A stretch of DNA of 64,000 nucleotides from an uncultured Candidatus Saccharibacteria bacterium. GTDB taxonomy: Bacteria > Patescibacteriota > Minisyncoccia > Phycocordibacterales > UBA918. Below the pieces are notes generated by a model. The model worked only from the letters and a program-made list of their open reading frames with translations. It ran no database searches and was not told the DNA's origin. The stretch is taken from assembly GCA_964552045.1 (NCBI GenBank), contig CAZKFF010000002.1, forward strand, positions 3,855 through 67,854. Reading direction: 5' to 3'. Shown here piece after piece: positions 28,674 to 39,222 of the stretch. How positions within the stretch are numbered: the stretch's first letter is position 1; every line of letters starts with the position of its first letter. The position numbers and the translations under genes are program-made.

Positions 28674-30617
28674 ATGAGTGGGATCAAAGATCAGGAAAGA
28701 CTTGATGAGTTGCGACGACGCCTCTATGAGCGGGGCAATCCGAGTATCACCCGCAGTGAGCATCATCTGAGCGATGCGCAGGAGGATGCGCCGAAGTCAT
28801 GGGAACAGCCTCCGCAGCCGATGCACCACGCAGAGCCGGTTACACAGGAGCCGCACGCGAACACCATACCGCAAGAAGCTATGTCACCCCGAACACCAAA
28901 ACGCAGCTACCGCCTCAAGATCCTTTTCGCAGGCTTCGCTTTTTTCGTGCTTGCCATGGGTATATCGAGCATGTTCCTCGCGTTCGGCCGCAACAGCATT
29001 TCCGGTGAGAACATCACGATCTCAGCTTCCGGGCCGTTCACCATCGGCGGCGGAGAGGAGCTGCAGATGCAGGTCGGAATAACCAACGGCAACACGGTGC
29101 CTATCGAATCGGCAACGCTCATTGTCGAGTATCCGAACGGCACGCAGTCTGCAACCGAAGAGGGGAAGGAACTGTTTACTGAACGCCTGTCGCTCGACAC
29201 TATCAACCAGGGCGAGACGGTCAACATACCGCTGCGGGCGCGCGTCTTCGGAGAGGAGAATCAGGAAAAGATCGTCCGTGTATCGGTTGAATACCGCGTG
29301 CAGGGCTCGAACGCGACCTTCTTCAAGGAGGCCGATCCGCTCCGCTTCAAGATCAGCTCATCGCCAGTTATCGTACGTGCTGATACGCTCAAGAAGATTT
29401 CGTCCGGGCAGGATACCGATGTGGAGCTTACGATCCTCTCAAATTCGCCGAGCCCGCTCTCGCAGGTGCTCGTCAAAGCAGAGTACCCGACAGGATTTGA
29501 TTTCACCAAGGCTGACCCTGCTCCGACGTACGGGCAGAACATGTGGCTCATTGAAGATCTGGAGCCCGAAGGCGAAAAGACCATAACCGTGACCGGTATT
29601 GTCGTCGGCAAGGAGACCGATGAGTATGCGATCAACTTCACGGTCGGCGTTCCCAATGAGCGCGACGAGCAGACGCTCGCCTCCATTTTTGCAACAGCGC
29701 AGACCCAGTTCGAGATAGAGCAGCCGTTTTTGGATATCGACATGTCCATTGAAGGGTCAACCGATGAGGAGTTCGCTGCGCAGCCGGGCACCCGGTCAAA
29801 TGTGCTTGTTGAATTCACCAACACGCTCGAGGATCCGCTCTACGACGTTGAGATCGAGGTGCAGTTAAGCGGCAACGCATTCTCTATCCGCGACGTCGGT
29901 CCGTCATCGGGTTATTTTGACCCGTCGAAGAATACTATCGTGTGGGATGTCTCCAACACCCCGGAACTGCGTGAAGTGAATCCCGGCCAGACAAAGAGTC
30001 TTTCGTTCAGCGTCGATCCGTCTTCGAACGTTAGCCGGACGCCGCAGATAAATATTGATGTGAACGCTGAAGCCCGGCGCGTGTCTGAAAGCCAGGTCGC
30101 GGAACACCTGGTTGGCACCGCGTCGCGCGTGATAAAGATCGTCACTGCACCGTCGCTTGACGCTGAGATAACCCACGGCAATGGCGTATTTGTCGACAGC
30201 GGTCCAATACCGCCTGTGGTGGATACAGAGACCAGCTACACGGTCACACTCATCGTGGAAAATGGCTCCAATGAAATAACCGATGCGATCGTGACCACGA
30301 GCCTGCCACAGTATGTCAGCTGGCTTGATGAGACGGCGGGAACCGGCGAGATAAGCTACAATCCCACCACGCGCGCTGTTGAATGGGCCGCAGGGGATGT
30401 CGACGCAAACGGCGAGGCCGTTGCTTCGTTTCAGGTGTCATTTTTGCCCCGTGCATTGCAGGTGGGGACAACGCCGATACTTATAAGCGAACAGCGTGTT
30501 CGGGCGCTTGACCGGTTTACTGATAGTGTCGTCCGGGCAAGCAATGTGCCGCTTACAGCCACGCTTGAGGACGAAGAGGAGGGCTCCGGAGAGGTACGTG
30601 CAGAACTGGGGGATTAG
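28674..30617 (+). CDS. Membrane-anchored protein with tandem Ig-like (DUF11-like) domains
   Basis: Single TM followed by about four beta-rich repeats; GPIPPVV motif. Confidence 0.8.
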   Translation: MSGIKDQERLDELRRRLYERGNPSITRSEHHLSDAQEDAPKSWEQPPQPMHHAEPVTQEPHANTIPQEAMSPRTPKRSYRLKILFAGFAFFVLAMGISSMFLAFGRNSISGENITISASGPFTIGGGEELQMQVGITNGNTVPIESATLIVEYPNGTQSATEEGKELFTERLSLDTINQGETVNIPLRARVFGEENQEKIVRVSVEYRVQGSNATFFKEADPLRFKISSSPVIVRADTLKKISSGQDTDVELTILSNSPSPLSQVLVKAEYPTGFDFTKADPAPTYGQNMWLIEDLEPEGEKTITVTGIVVGKETDEYAINFTVGVPNERDEQTLASIFATAQTQFEIEQPFLDIDMSIEGSTDEEFAAQPGTRSNVLVEFTNTLEDPLYDVEIEVQLSGNAFSIRDVGPSSGYFDPSKNTIVWDVSNTPELREVNPGQTKSLSFSVDPSSNVSRTPQINIDVNAEARRVSESQVAEHLVGTASRVIKIVTAPSLDAEITHGNGVFVDSGPIPPVVDTETSYTVTLIVENGSNEITDAIVTTSLPQYVSWLDETAGTGEISYNPTTRAVEWAAGDVDANGEAVASFQVSFLPRALQVGTTPILISEQRVRALDRFTDSVVRASNVPLTATLEDEEEGSGEVRAELGD

Positions 30618-30635
30618 TGATACTGTACAGCTACT

Positions 30636-32006
30636 ATGGCTGAAACGGACAACACAATGGAGAAGGTTGTGGCCTTGTGCAAGCGCCGCGGCTTCGTCTA
30701 TCAGGGCTCGGAGATCTACGGCGGCCTCGCCGGAACCTGGGATTACGGGCCGTTGGGAGTGGCTTTGAACAACAATATCAAGCGGGAGTGGTGGAAGATG
30801 TTCGTTGAGGACCGCGAAGACATGTACGGTCTCGACGCTGCCATCATCATGAATGCCAGGGTGTGGCAGGCATCGGGACACACAGGTGCCGGATTTGCCG
30901 ATCCCTTGGTTGAAGACCTGGAGACCAAAGAGCGCTACCGCGCCGACCATTTGTTGAAGGACAACGGTATTGATGCAGACGGACTTTCGCTTGAAGAGAT
31001 CACTGCGCTCATCAAAGAAAAGGGGATCACAAGCCCCAAGGGCAACGCACTCTCCGAAGCGCGCCAGTTCAACCTGATGTTCACCACGCAGATAGGCGCA
31101 ACCTCCGGAGAAGAGGGGAAGGTCTATCTTCGCCCGGAGACTGCCCAGGGTATTTTTGCGAACTTCAAGAACGTGCTCGATTCGATGCACCCGAAGATGC
31201 CGTTCGGCATTGCCCAGATCGGCAAGGCGTTCCGCAATGAGATAGCCCCGCGTGAATTCCTCTTCCGTGTCCGCGAGTTCGAGCAGATGGAGATCGAATA
31301 TTTCATCAGGCAGGAAGAATGGGAATCATTGTTTGAAGTATGGAGAGAGAACATCTGGAAGTGGTTCGACCACCTTGGGCTCTCCCGCAGCAATGTGCAG
31401 GAGTACGAGGTGCCGAAGAACGATCTGGCGCACTACTCGAAGCGCACCATTGATTTTGAATATAATTTCCCTGGCAAGGGTTTCGATGAGCTCGCCGGTT
31501 TTGCCTACCGGACCGATCATGATCTGCGCAGTCACATGGAGGCAAGCGGCATTGATCTGCGCTATACAGAGGCCGATGGACAGAAGTTCATCCCGCACGT
31601 GCTTGAGCCATCATTCGGCGTCGGCAGGGCGATCACTGCGGTTTTGTGCGAAGCGTATACTGAAGATGAGATGGGTGGAGAAGTGCGCAGCTACCTCCGC
31701 CTTCCGAAATATCTCGCCCCGTACCGGGTGATGGTGTCGCCGCTTCTGAAGAACAAACCCGAACTGGTGGAGAAAGCACGGGAAGTGTTCAGACTGTTGA
31801 AGCAAAGCATTCCGAATGTCGCGTGGGATGATAACGGCAACGTCGGCAAGCGCTACCGCCGTCAGGACGAGATCGGCACGCCGCACTGCGTCACTATAGA
31901 CTTTGAAACACTTGAGGGAGACACTACCGATACGGTGACGGTGCGCAACCGCGATACCGGGGAACAGACGCGCGTTGCCATCGCCCAGTTGACCAACGTG
32001 TTGTGA
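30636..32006 (+). CDS. glyQS: Glycine--tRNA ligase (homodimeric, class IIa)
   Basis: YLRPETAQG, GKAFRNEI, REFEQMEIE, GKRYRRQDEIGTP. Confidence 0.97.
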   Translation: MAETDNTMEKVVALCKRRGFVYQGSEIYGGLAGTWDYGPLGVALNNNIKREWWKMFVEDREDMYGLDAAIIMNARVWQASGHTGAGFADPLVEDLETKERYRADHLLKDNGIDADGLSLEEITALIKEKGITSPKGNALSEARQFNLMFTTQIGATSGEEGKVYLRPETAQGIFANFKNVLDSMHPKMPFGIAQIGKAFRNEIAPREFLFRVREFEQMEIEYFIRQEEWESLFEVWRENIWKWFDHLGLSRSNVQEYEVPKNDLAHYSKRTIDFEYNFPGKGFDELAGFAYRTDHDLRSHMEASGIDLRYTEADGQKFIPHVLEPSFGVGRAITAVLCEAYTEDEMGGEVRSYLRLPKYLAPYRVMVSPLLKNKPELVEKAREVFRLLKQSIPNVAWDDNGNVGKRYRRQDEIGTPHCVTIDFETLEGDTTDTVTVRNRDTGEQTRVAIAQLTNVL

Positions 32007-32045
32007 TCTGGCACGCTTCTTGCGGACTGCACGATACATGAGGAG

Positions 32046-32360
32046 GTGAGTATGGCAGAGCTAGCAGACCGGCGATATTATTTCGCCAATACGGTGGCTG
32101 CCGTTATCCTGCAGCTTGGCGTTCCGGAGAGGGTCAGACCCAGACGGAAAGAATATTTCGCTGATCCGGAACATATCGCCTGGATGGCGATAAAGGTCGC
32201 ACGCATGGATGTCCATACACGGCAGGAATCCGTGGAAGCGTCCGCCTGGGTCCGCAGGATCAGGCAGGCGATGGAACATGCAGGATACTGGAGCGTACAG
32301 CGCAGTGCGATGCTGTATGAGCTCGACAGAGCGCAGCACTTCCACCTTCCGGTGGCGTGA
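32046..32360 (+). CDS. Hypothetical protein
   Basis: GAGGAGG RBS; followed by a terminator-like hairpin. Confidence 0.6.
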   Translation: MSMAELADRRYYFANTVAAVILQLGVPERVRPRRKEYFADPEHIAWMAIKVARMDVHTRQESVEASAWVRRIRQAMEHAGYWSVQRSAMLYELDRAQHFHLPVA

Positions 32361-32460
32361 CTGCTCAACAGGGGCGCGCTTATGCGCCCCTTTTTGTTGA
32401 CAAAGCAGAGCTACAGGCACATCCTTAAAGATAAGGGACCACACACGAGAGGAGGCTCTC

Positions 32461-32889
32461 ATGACGTACACGAAAATAGTGCCCTTGCGGCAGACGCACT
32501 CGCTCAATGCTCTGGTGCTCTATACGCCGCTCGATCGTCTCGCTCCGCTGCTTGATCCGGAGGACATACCGGAAGTGCGGCAGGACATCGAAGAACGGAA
32601 GTGCCGCCCCACTTTCGCCGATCCCCGTCTGACAGTATTGCCGCTGTCGGAGATCTACGAACTGGGCACGCTCCGCAACATGGTGAATGCGCACGTGTTC
32701 GCGCTGCAATCCGGCCTTCTGGACCAGGTATGGTTCTACGGCGGAGGGGTGAGCGAATACATGAAGCTTATCGCCAATAACGCCCTGCATCGGTCAACCA
32801 TCGTCTGCTTCGCTCCGAGGGAGTCCCCGCAGAAGAAGCTGCTCTACGAAATGACATCAACAGGCACGTTAGCAACGGTGCGGGGGTAA
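32461..32889 (+). CDS. Hypothetical protein
   Basis: GAGGAGG RBS; coding-like codon bias; followed by T-tract hairpin. Confidence 0.65.
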   Translation: MTYTKIVPLRQTHSLNALVLYTPLDRLAPLLDPEDIPEVRQDIEERKCRPTFADPRLTVLPLSEIYELGTLRNMVNAHVFALQSGLLDQVWFYGGGVSEYMKLIANNALHRSTIVCFAPRESPQKKLLYEMTSTGTLATVRG

Positions 32890-32940
32890 GCGTCACCCCC
32901 CGCTTTTTTTTATGCAAAAAAATGCTACTGTAGGCTCTAT

Positions 32941-34380
32941 ATGCAGAAAAACGAAGGAAATGGGCGCTATATAACCACGACCTTGCCGTATGTGAACGCA
33001 GACCCGCACATCGGTTTCGCCGCTGAGATCCTCGCTGCGGACGCGCTTGCCCGGCACTGGCGCCTGTTTGGTCATGAGGTTTTTTTCAATACGGGGACGG
33101 ACGAACACGGACAGAAGATCGCAGGCAAAGCTGATGAGAAAGGCCAAAGCAGGCAGGAATATGTGGATTATTACGCAGGAGAATTCGCCAAGCTCAAGGA
33201 CGTGCTCGGGTTGTCATACGACAACTTCATTCGCACGACCAATGAGGATCACAAAAAAGCTGCGCAGGAACTGTGGCGACGCTGTGCAGAGCGGGGCGAT
33301 ATATACAAGAAGAAGTACAAAGGCCTCTACTGCGTCGGCGACGAGATGTTCATGAAGGAATCAGAGCTGGTGAATGGCCGCTGTCCCAATCACCCGAATC
33401 TCGAATTACAGGAGATCGAGGAGGAGAACTATTTCTTCAGACTTTCGAACTATCAGGAGTATCTTGAAGCATATCTGTCGCGCGAAGGGGTCATTGTGCC
33501 GGAGTGGCGCAGGCAGGAAGCACTCAACTTCGTGAAAGCGGGCTTGGAGGATTTCAGCATTTCCCGGGAGAAGTCGCGCCTCAATTGGGGGGTTGCGGTC
33601 CCGAATGATGAGAATCAGGTAATGTACGTGTGGTTCGATGCGCTCACCAACTACATCTCTACGCTCGGCTGGCCGGAAGACAGCAGCGGCACGTTCAAGA
33701 AATTCTGGGAGGACGGGAAGACGCTCCAGCTTGCCGGCAAGGATCAGGTACGCTTCCAGTCGATCATGTGGCAGGCGATGCTTAAGTCTGCAGGCGTGCC
33801 GGCAACCGACACGGTCATGTACCACGGCTTTATTACCGTCGGCGGACAGAAGATGAGCAAGTCGCTCGGCAATGTGCTCAATCCGCACGATCTGGTGGCA
33901 AAATACGGCACCGAGGCGACCCGATACCTGCTGCTGCGGCATATCCATCCGTTCGATGATTCCGATGTCACCTGGGAGAAGCTCGATGAGTGGTACACTG
34001 CCAATCTGGTCAATGGGCTCGGCAACCTTGTCGCCCGGGTGATGAAGATGGCAGAAACGCACCTGCCTGCACCAGTTACCTTTGATACACTGAGCTTTGA
34101 TGAGGAGACTGTCGGCGAAATATTCAATATCCATACCCGCATGGAATATATCTGGACACAGATCAGCGTGCTCGATGAGTGGATCACAACCGATGAGCCG
34201 TTCAGACTGGTGAAGACAAACCCGCAAAAGGCGCGTCGCATCATTGAGGGGATGGTGAAAAAACTTGCGGTGGTCGGTCAGCTGCTTGAACCGTTCATGC
34301 CGGAGACCTCTGCGGCGATGTATGCCGCAGTCACGCAGAACAAAAAACCCGAAAACCTCTTTAATCGCCTTGAAAACTGA
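32941..34380 (+). CDS. metG: Methionine--tRNA ligase (short form)
   Basis: PYVNADPHIG, GTDEHGQK, YVWFDAL, KMSKSLGN. Confidence 0.97.
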   Translation: MQKNEGNGRYITTTLPYVNADPHIGFAAEILAADALARHWRLFGHEVFFNTGTDEHGQKIAGKADEKGQSRQEYVDYYAGEFAKLKDVLGLSYDNFIRTTNEDHKKAAQELWRRCAERGDIYKKKYKGLYCVGDEMFMKESELVNGRCPNHPNLELQEIEEENYFFRLSNYQEYLEAYLSREGVIVPEWRRQEALNFVKAGLEDFSISREKSRLNWGVAVPNDENQVMYVWFDALTNYISTLGWPEDSSGTFKKFWEDGKTLQLAGKDQVRFQSIMWQAMLKSAGVPATDTVMYHGFITVGGQKMSKSLGNVLNPHDLVAKYGTEATRYLLLRHIHPFDDSDVTWEKLDEWYTANLVNGLGNLVARVMKMAETHLPAPVTFDTLSFDEETVGEIFNIHTRMEYIWTQISVLDEWITTDEPFRLVKTNPQKARRIIEGMVKKLAVVGQLLEPFMPETSAAMYAAVTQNKKPENLFNRLEN

Positions 34381-34381
34381 T

Positions 34382-34633
34382 ATGCAAAATATTGAAGACA
34401 TCCTCAAGCGAAACGCGCGCGTTGAAGCCGATAAAGCCTGGGAAACAAGCTATACACGCCGGGCGATCATCGCGTGCATCACCTACCTTACGGCAGTTAC
34501 CTTTCTGAAGATTATCGGTAATGATGCCCCGCTCATCAATGCGTTTGTGCCGGTCGGAGGTTACCTGCTCTCCACGCTTTCGCTGCCGTTTGTAAAGAAG
34601 ATCTGGATACAGCGCCGCACGTCAGATGAATAG
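34382..34633 (+). CDS. Small conserved membrane protein
   Basis: RNARVEADKAWETS then two TMs; fills the metG-tatD gap exactly. Confidence 0.75.
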   Translation: MQNIEDILKRNARVEADKAWETSYTRRAIIACITYLTAVTFLKIIGNDAPLINAFVPVGGYLLSTLSLPFVKKIWIQRRTSDE

Positions 34634-35486
34634 CATTACACACATTGACATTCATGCACACCTCAATCTCTCCGCGTTCAATGATGATCGGGAAGAGGTG
34701 TTGACGCGTACGCGCGAAGCGGGCGTTGCGCACATCAACATCGGTACCAAGGAATCCACGAGCAAAAAAGCGGTTGAGATCGCAGACGCGCACGAGGATG
34801 TGTACGCGATCGTCGGACTGCATCCCATCCAGACAACGCCGCAGGAACACGATGAGGAAGAGATAGGCGAGGGGGGCACGGCATTCGCATCGAAGGGCGA
34901 GATTTTCAATGCAGACTTCTACCGCGAACTGTGCACAAGCCCGAAGGTGGTCGGCATCGGCGAATGCGGACTCGATTATTACCGCAACGATCCCGCAACG
35001 CGGGAGGTGCAGGAGGCACAGTTTATTGCGCAGATCGAGTTTGCCAATGAACTCGCATTGCCGCTTATGATCCATACGCGCGATGCGAAAGGGAATCAGG
35101 CGAGCGCAGCTTCAGCAACGAATGTCTACGACGACACCTACGCGTTGCTGAAGCAGTATGCGAAAGTGCCGGGCAATATCCATTTTTACGCAGGTACGTA
35201 CGAGCAGGCGAAGCGATTTTTCGATATTGGCTTCACGATTTCGTTCACGGGGGTCATCACATTTGCAACAGATTACGAGGAGGTGGTGCGCAATGCACCC
35301 TTGGACCTGATCCATGCAGAAACCGACTGCCCGTACGTTGCGCCGGTGCCGCATCGCGGCACGCGCAATGAACCGGCGCATGTGCGGGAGGTATACCAGA
35401 AGATCGCAGCGATCAAAGGAGAGGATGAGGAGAAAGTCCGTTTACAACTGCTCGAGAATGCGCAAAACTTATTTAAAGTTTTTTGA
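34626..35486 (+). CDS. TatD family deoxyribonuclease
   Basis: DIHAH, GLHP, IGECGLDY, IHTRDA, ETDCPY. Confidence 0.94.
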   Translation: MNSITHIDIHAHLNLSAFNDDREEVLTRTREAGVAHINIGTKESTSKKAVEIADAHEDVYAIVGLHPIQTTPQEHDEEEIGEGGTAFASKGEIFNADFYRELCTSPKVVGIGECGLDYYRNDPATREVQEAQFIAQIEFANELALPLMIHTRDAKGNQASAASATNVYDDTYALLKQYAKVPGNIHFYAGTYEQAKRFFDIGFTISFTGVITFATDYEEVVRNAPLDLIHAETDCPYVAPVPHRGTRNEPAHVREVYQKIAAIKGEDEEKVRLQLLENAQNLFKVF

Positions 35487-35488
35487 AC

Positions 35489-36538
35489 ATGAGAAAGCAG
35501 CGCCCCATCGTCATTCTGTGCCTGTGTGCCATTCTGCTTCTGACACTTTCCATCGCGGTGCAGCTATCCTTCATCATCGGCACTCAGGCAGACGCAATGG
35601 CAGTATCCCCGCCCGATATGTCGGGTCCGGAACAGATACAAAGGGAAGTGGAATACGCGCAGACGCTCGGAGTTCCCGAACTCGTTGCCTATTTCAAGCA
35701 TATAAGCGCTGCGCGCGGTGCTGTGTATGCCTATGAGATATTGCGACAGATACCGCCTTCGGACTTGGATCCATATAAACATCTCTTCGGGCACGTTATC
35801 GGAGATGAGCTGTTCAATGAGCAGAACATCCAGGGATTGGAGGTCTGTACATCTGAGTTTTCATTCGCGTGTTATCACAGCCTGATATCACGGGCAATCT
35901 TTGAACAGGGATTGGAAAACATAGCTGAGATAAATAAGCGGTGCCTGCAGCTCGAAGATTCCGGCGGATGCCGACATGGTATTGGCCACGGCATTATGGC
36001 GGCTCTGGGGTACGAAGACCCGGTAGCGGCAGTTGCTGTCTGTGCGACGCTCGCAAAATACGGGACTACGCGCGCCTGCGTCGAGGGGGTCATTATGGAA
36101 TTTAATTTCCATCAGCTCGAGGAAATGGCGCCGTCGTCGTTCCGTCAGGTGGATGAACGGGGCTATTACTACCCCTGTACTGAAATATCCGAAAAATATA
36201 AAAACGAGTGTTTTTTCGAGCAGACACTCTGGTGGCGTGAAGTATTGGGAAAGACCAGTTATCCTGCGATCGGAGCATTGTGCGATGCAATCAAAAACGA
36301 TGAGCATAAGGTGTGGTGTTACCGGGGGATCGGACGTCTCATACCTGAGTTTTCGAGCGATCCCATCGAGACCATGGCAGCACAATGTATCGGGTCGACG
36401 TCTGCTGTAGACGGTCAGGCGTTATGCATGCAGGCATTGCGGGACAGGACTAAAAATGACGGCTCGATATGCAGTCTGTTGCCACGCGGATACCAGAGCA
36501 CCTGCAGTTCGCCGATACCGCTCCTTGTCATCGAATAG
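35489..36538 (+). CDS. Secreted Cys/His-rich hypothetical protein
   Basis: N-terminal TM; repeated H-x3-H, CYH, CRHGIGHG and regularly spaced Cys. Confidence 0.75.
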   Translation: MRKQRPIVILCLCAILLLTLSIAVQLSFIIGTQADAMAVSPPDMSGPEQIQREVEYAQTLGVPELVAYFKHISAARGAVYAYEILRQIPPSDLDPYKHLFGHVIGDELFNEQNIQGLEVCTSEFSFACYHSLISRAIFEQGLENIAEINKRCLQLEDSGGCRHGIGHGIMAALGYEDPVAAVAVCATLAKYGTTRACVEGVIMEFNFHQLEEMAPSSFRQVDERGYYYPCTEISEKYKNECFFEQTLWWREVLGKTSYPAIGALCDAIKNDEHKVWCYRGIGRLIPEFSSDPIETMAAQCIGSTSAVDGQALCMQALRDRTKNDGSICSLLPRGYQSTCSSPIPLLVIE

Positions 36539-36618
36539 CGGGCCGCACAGTGCTTCAGTGCATAACTGCGCCGGTGTCCGCTGCCAAACGGGGTATCCTA
36601 AAGGAAGAGGAGGAAAAG

Positions 36619-36846
36619 ATGAATGCACGAGTACAGCTCCATGATGGAGTGGAAGTGTGCGGACTCTTCGGTTCAGAGCACATCTGTGTCCGTCCGCCCA
36701 ATCACTGGGGTCCGCATGTGATCAGACTCCCGGATGGGAGCTTCCAACTGCACCAGACCGTCTGTTCGCCCATTTCGTTCGAGATCGCTCAAAAAGTCGC
36801 TGAGCATGCGATGAACGATCCCGATTGGACGTGGGGTGCGGATTAA
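36619..36846 (+). CDS. Small hypothetical protein
   Basis: GAGGAGG RBS; ends at a bidirectional terminator. Confidence 0.55.
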   Translation: MNARVQLHDGVEVCGLFGSEHICVRPPNHWGPHVIRLPDGSFQLHQTVCSPISFEIAQKVAEHAMNDPDWTWGAD

Positions 36847-36880
36847 GACAAACCCGCGGCGGATCGCCGCGGGTTTCTTG

Positions 36881-37837
36881 TCAGTCAAATATCTTGATGA
36901 GGTAGGTGTCGATCTTCCGCTGGTCCCAGTCGTAGAAATACGCGCCGTCCTCATGCAGGTCCTCGGCGAGATCCTCACCCACGAACCGCCAGTGCCATGG
37001 CTCATATACGTAATACGCGTTCTCCTTTGGGTAAGAGAGCGTAAAGCCGTACTTGTATGCGTGATCCCGCAGCCACGCGAAGGCGGGGGTATCTTCAAAG
37101 GCGGTGACGAGACCGCCACCAATGCCTTCAGTGGTGAAGTCGAGTGTGGTGCCGAGCTGGTGTTCTGAATATCCCTGGTCTGCGGAGAATGCATTCGCAC
37201 CCGAACCATAGCTCACCGTGTAGCTGCCCTTGAGATACGCCTGTTCATAGAACGAGCGATATGAGGAGACCACCCAGATCTTCACCCCGTCTTCAAGCGC
37301 ATCCTCGAGCATATCGTTCAGATACGGTTCGACTTTTGCGTGCACCGATTTTGAAGCATTTTCATTGTAGAGGTATTTTTTCTCAATATCGGCGAGCTTC
37401 TCAGGAACATAGTGCTCATTGAGGAAATACACCTTCGAATACTTTTGGAGCAGTTCCTCGTCGGTTTTTGAGAGCTTGTCGAGATCGCTCACCGTCCCCG
37501 CTATGTCCTCGATCTGGTCTTCGAACTCCTCATTGCGGTTCTTTTCGCGGCGGTAATCGTCTTCGAGCTCATCAAGCTCCTCAGAGGTCAGTGAAAGCTG
37601 CTCTGCGAGCGCAGCTATGGTCGAACTTGCAATGGAGAGTTCCTGCGTGGTTGAGGCGTGCTGTACCAAGAGGGCATTCTTTTCCTCCGTGAGCGCGGCA
37701 ATGGTCCTCTGATGCTCCGCTATCTGCATGCCCATGGCTGCGGTCTTGAAAGCCAGGAAGCCTCCGCCGAGAAGCGAAAGCGCGAGAGCAGAGAACACCG
37801 TGTATTTGATGATGCGGGAACGAGAAGAAACTGCCAT
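36881..37837 (-). CDS. D-alanyl-D-alanine carboxypeptidase (M15B/VanY-like) with coiled-coil stalk
   Basis: SSYRS...Q, SEHQLG..LD, YEPWHWR. Confidence 0.92.
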   Translation of the reverse strand: MAVSSRSRIIKYTVFSALALSLLGGGFLAFKTAAMGMQIAEHQRTIAALTEEKNALLVQHASTTQELSIASSTIAALAEQLSLTSEELDELEDDYRREKNRNEEFEDQIEDIAGTVSDLDKLSKTDEELLQKYSKVYFLNEHYVPEKLADIEKKYLYNENASKSVHAKVEPYLNDMLEDALEDGVKIWVVSSYRSFYEQAYLKGSYTVSYGSGANAFSADQGYSEHQLGTTLDFTTEGIGGGLVTAFEDTPAFAWLRDHAYKYGFTLSYPKENAYYVYEPWHWRFVGEDLAEDLHEDGAYFYDWDQRKIDTYLIKIFD

Positions 37838-37939
37838 GTCCGGGCCATTGTACCATTATTTGCGGAGTCTGCATTTCTATTGTAAGAAGCGGGTTTCTGT
37901 GGTAGTTTAGCGGGGTTATCAGGTTAAAGACACATAGAC

Positions 37940-38479
37940 ATGTCCGAGACACACATGCCGGCAGCCGAAGCAAGCGAAGCGTTGCTCGAGATAGAAAAAC
38001 AGAGCTACGAACTTGCTTTCCACATACTTCCAACGGTTGCTGAAGGGGAAGTGCAGGGTGTATTTGAGGCGATCAAATCACTCATTACTAAAGAGGGCGG
38101 AGACATCACAGACGAGGAAAAGCCGCAGCGGTTCGAACTCGCGTACGAGATCGTCAAGCACCTTGAGGGCAAGAACCGGAAGTTCGCAAGCGCGTACTTC
38201 GGCTGGGTACGCTTCAAGATGCCGTCAACGGCAGTGGTCACGCTGCTTGAAGAGGTTGATGCCCGCCCTGACGTTCTTCGTCATCTGCTCATCAAGCTCA
38301 CGAAGGTTGAGGAGGAGAATCCGTTCCGATTCCACGATGCGCTTGAGAGCTTCAAGATGGTGACCACCATCGACGAGGCGGACCTTGCGCAGGACGCAGC
38401 TGCTCCAACTGAAGGAGAGGCGGCACAGGAGCCTGCCGAAGAAGCTGAAGCAGACAAAGCAGAAAAAAGCGATATCTAA
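37940..38479 (+). CDS. rpsF: 30S ribosomal protein S6 (acidic C-terminal extension)
   Basis: YELAF..LP, LAYEI, VLRHLLIK; first gene of rpsF-ssb-rpsR. Confidence 0.9.
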   Translation: MSETHMPAAEASEALLEIEKQSYELAFHILPTVAEGEVQGVFEAIKSLITKEGGDITDEEKPQRFELAYEIVKHLEGKNRKFASAYFGWVRFKMPSTAVVTLLEEVDARPDVLRHLLIKLTKVEEENPFRFHDALESFKMVTTIDEADLAQDAAAPTEGEAAQEPAEEAEADKAEKSDI

Positions 38480-38496
38480 TAACTTAAGAAAATCGT

Positions 38497-38934
38497 ATGT
38501 ACCTTAACAAAGCAATGATCTACGGGAATCTCACACGAGACCCGGAAATGAAGTCGCTCCCAAGCGGAATGCAGGTAACGTCATTCTCTATAGCAACCAA
38601 CCGTGTCTATAATGACCGGGACGGGAAGCGTCAGGAGCAGGTTGAATACCACAATATCGTCGTCTTTGGCCGACAGGCAGAGACGAGCGCACAGTACCTC
38701 AAAAAGGGTAGCGCTGCGTACGTTGAAGGACGACTGCAGACGCGGAGCTGGGATAAGGATGGAGTGAAGCAGTACCGGACCGAGATCGTTGCTGACCGGG
38801 TACAATTTGGACCGCGGAACGAGGGAGGAGGAAACTATCAGGCCGCAAACAGCGCTCCTGCACAGCAGGATAACGCTCCGGTAATGCCTGATTATCCAAA
38901 TGAGGAGATCAATCCCGAGGACATACCTTTCTAA
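38497..38934 (+). CDS. ssb: Single-stranded DNA-binding protein
   Basis: LNKAMIYGNLTRDPE, VEGRLQTRSW, C-terminal DIPF. Confidence 0.98.
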   Translation: MYLNKAMIYGNLTRDPEMKSLPSGMQVTSFSIATNRVYNDRDGKRQEQVEYHNIVVFGRQAETSAQYLKKGSAAYVEGRLQTRSWDKDGVKQYRTEIVADRVQFGPRNEGGGNYQAANSAPAQQDNAPVMPDYPNEEINPEDIPF

Positions 38935-38953
38935 CTAATTTGCTTAAAAGAAT

Positions 38954-39151
38954 ATGGACGAGAAAAACACAAAGATCGAGTCAATGCACATTGACTACAA
39001 GGACATCACCCGCCTGAAGGCGCAGGTGAATCCGCATGCGCGCATGCACAGCCGCCGCCGAACCGGCTTCACGGCAAAAGGCCAGCGCGATTTTGCGCGG
39101 GCGACCAAGCGGGCGCGATTCATGGCGCTTATGCCGTTTGTTTCCCACTAG
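38954..39151 (+). CDS. rpsR: 30S ribosomal protein S18 (zinc-free form)
   Basis: IDYKD, RRRTG, QR..A.A.KRAR..AL.PF. Confidence 0.95.
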   Translation: MDEKNTKIESMHIDYKDITRLKAQVNPHARMHSRRRTGFTAKGQRDFARATKRARFMALMPFVSH

Positions 39152-39174
39152 GAAGATAACGAGCTGCAGCAACA

Positions 39175-39215
39175 TACAAAAAAGCCCGGCGCCAAAGGCG
39201 CCGGGCTTTTTTGTA
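39175..39215. terminator. Bidirectional terminator, AAAGCCCGGCGC family copy 3
   Basis: TACAAAAAAGCCCGGCGCC-aaa-GGCGCCGGGCTTTTTTGTA between convergent rpsR and efp. Confidence 0.8.
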
Positions 39216-39222
39216 AAATATC

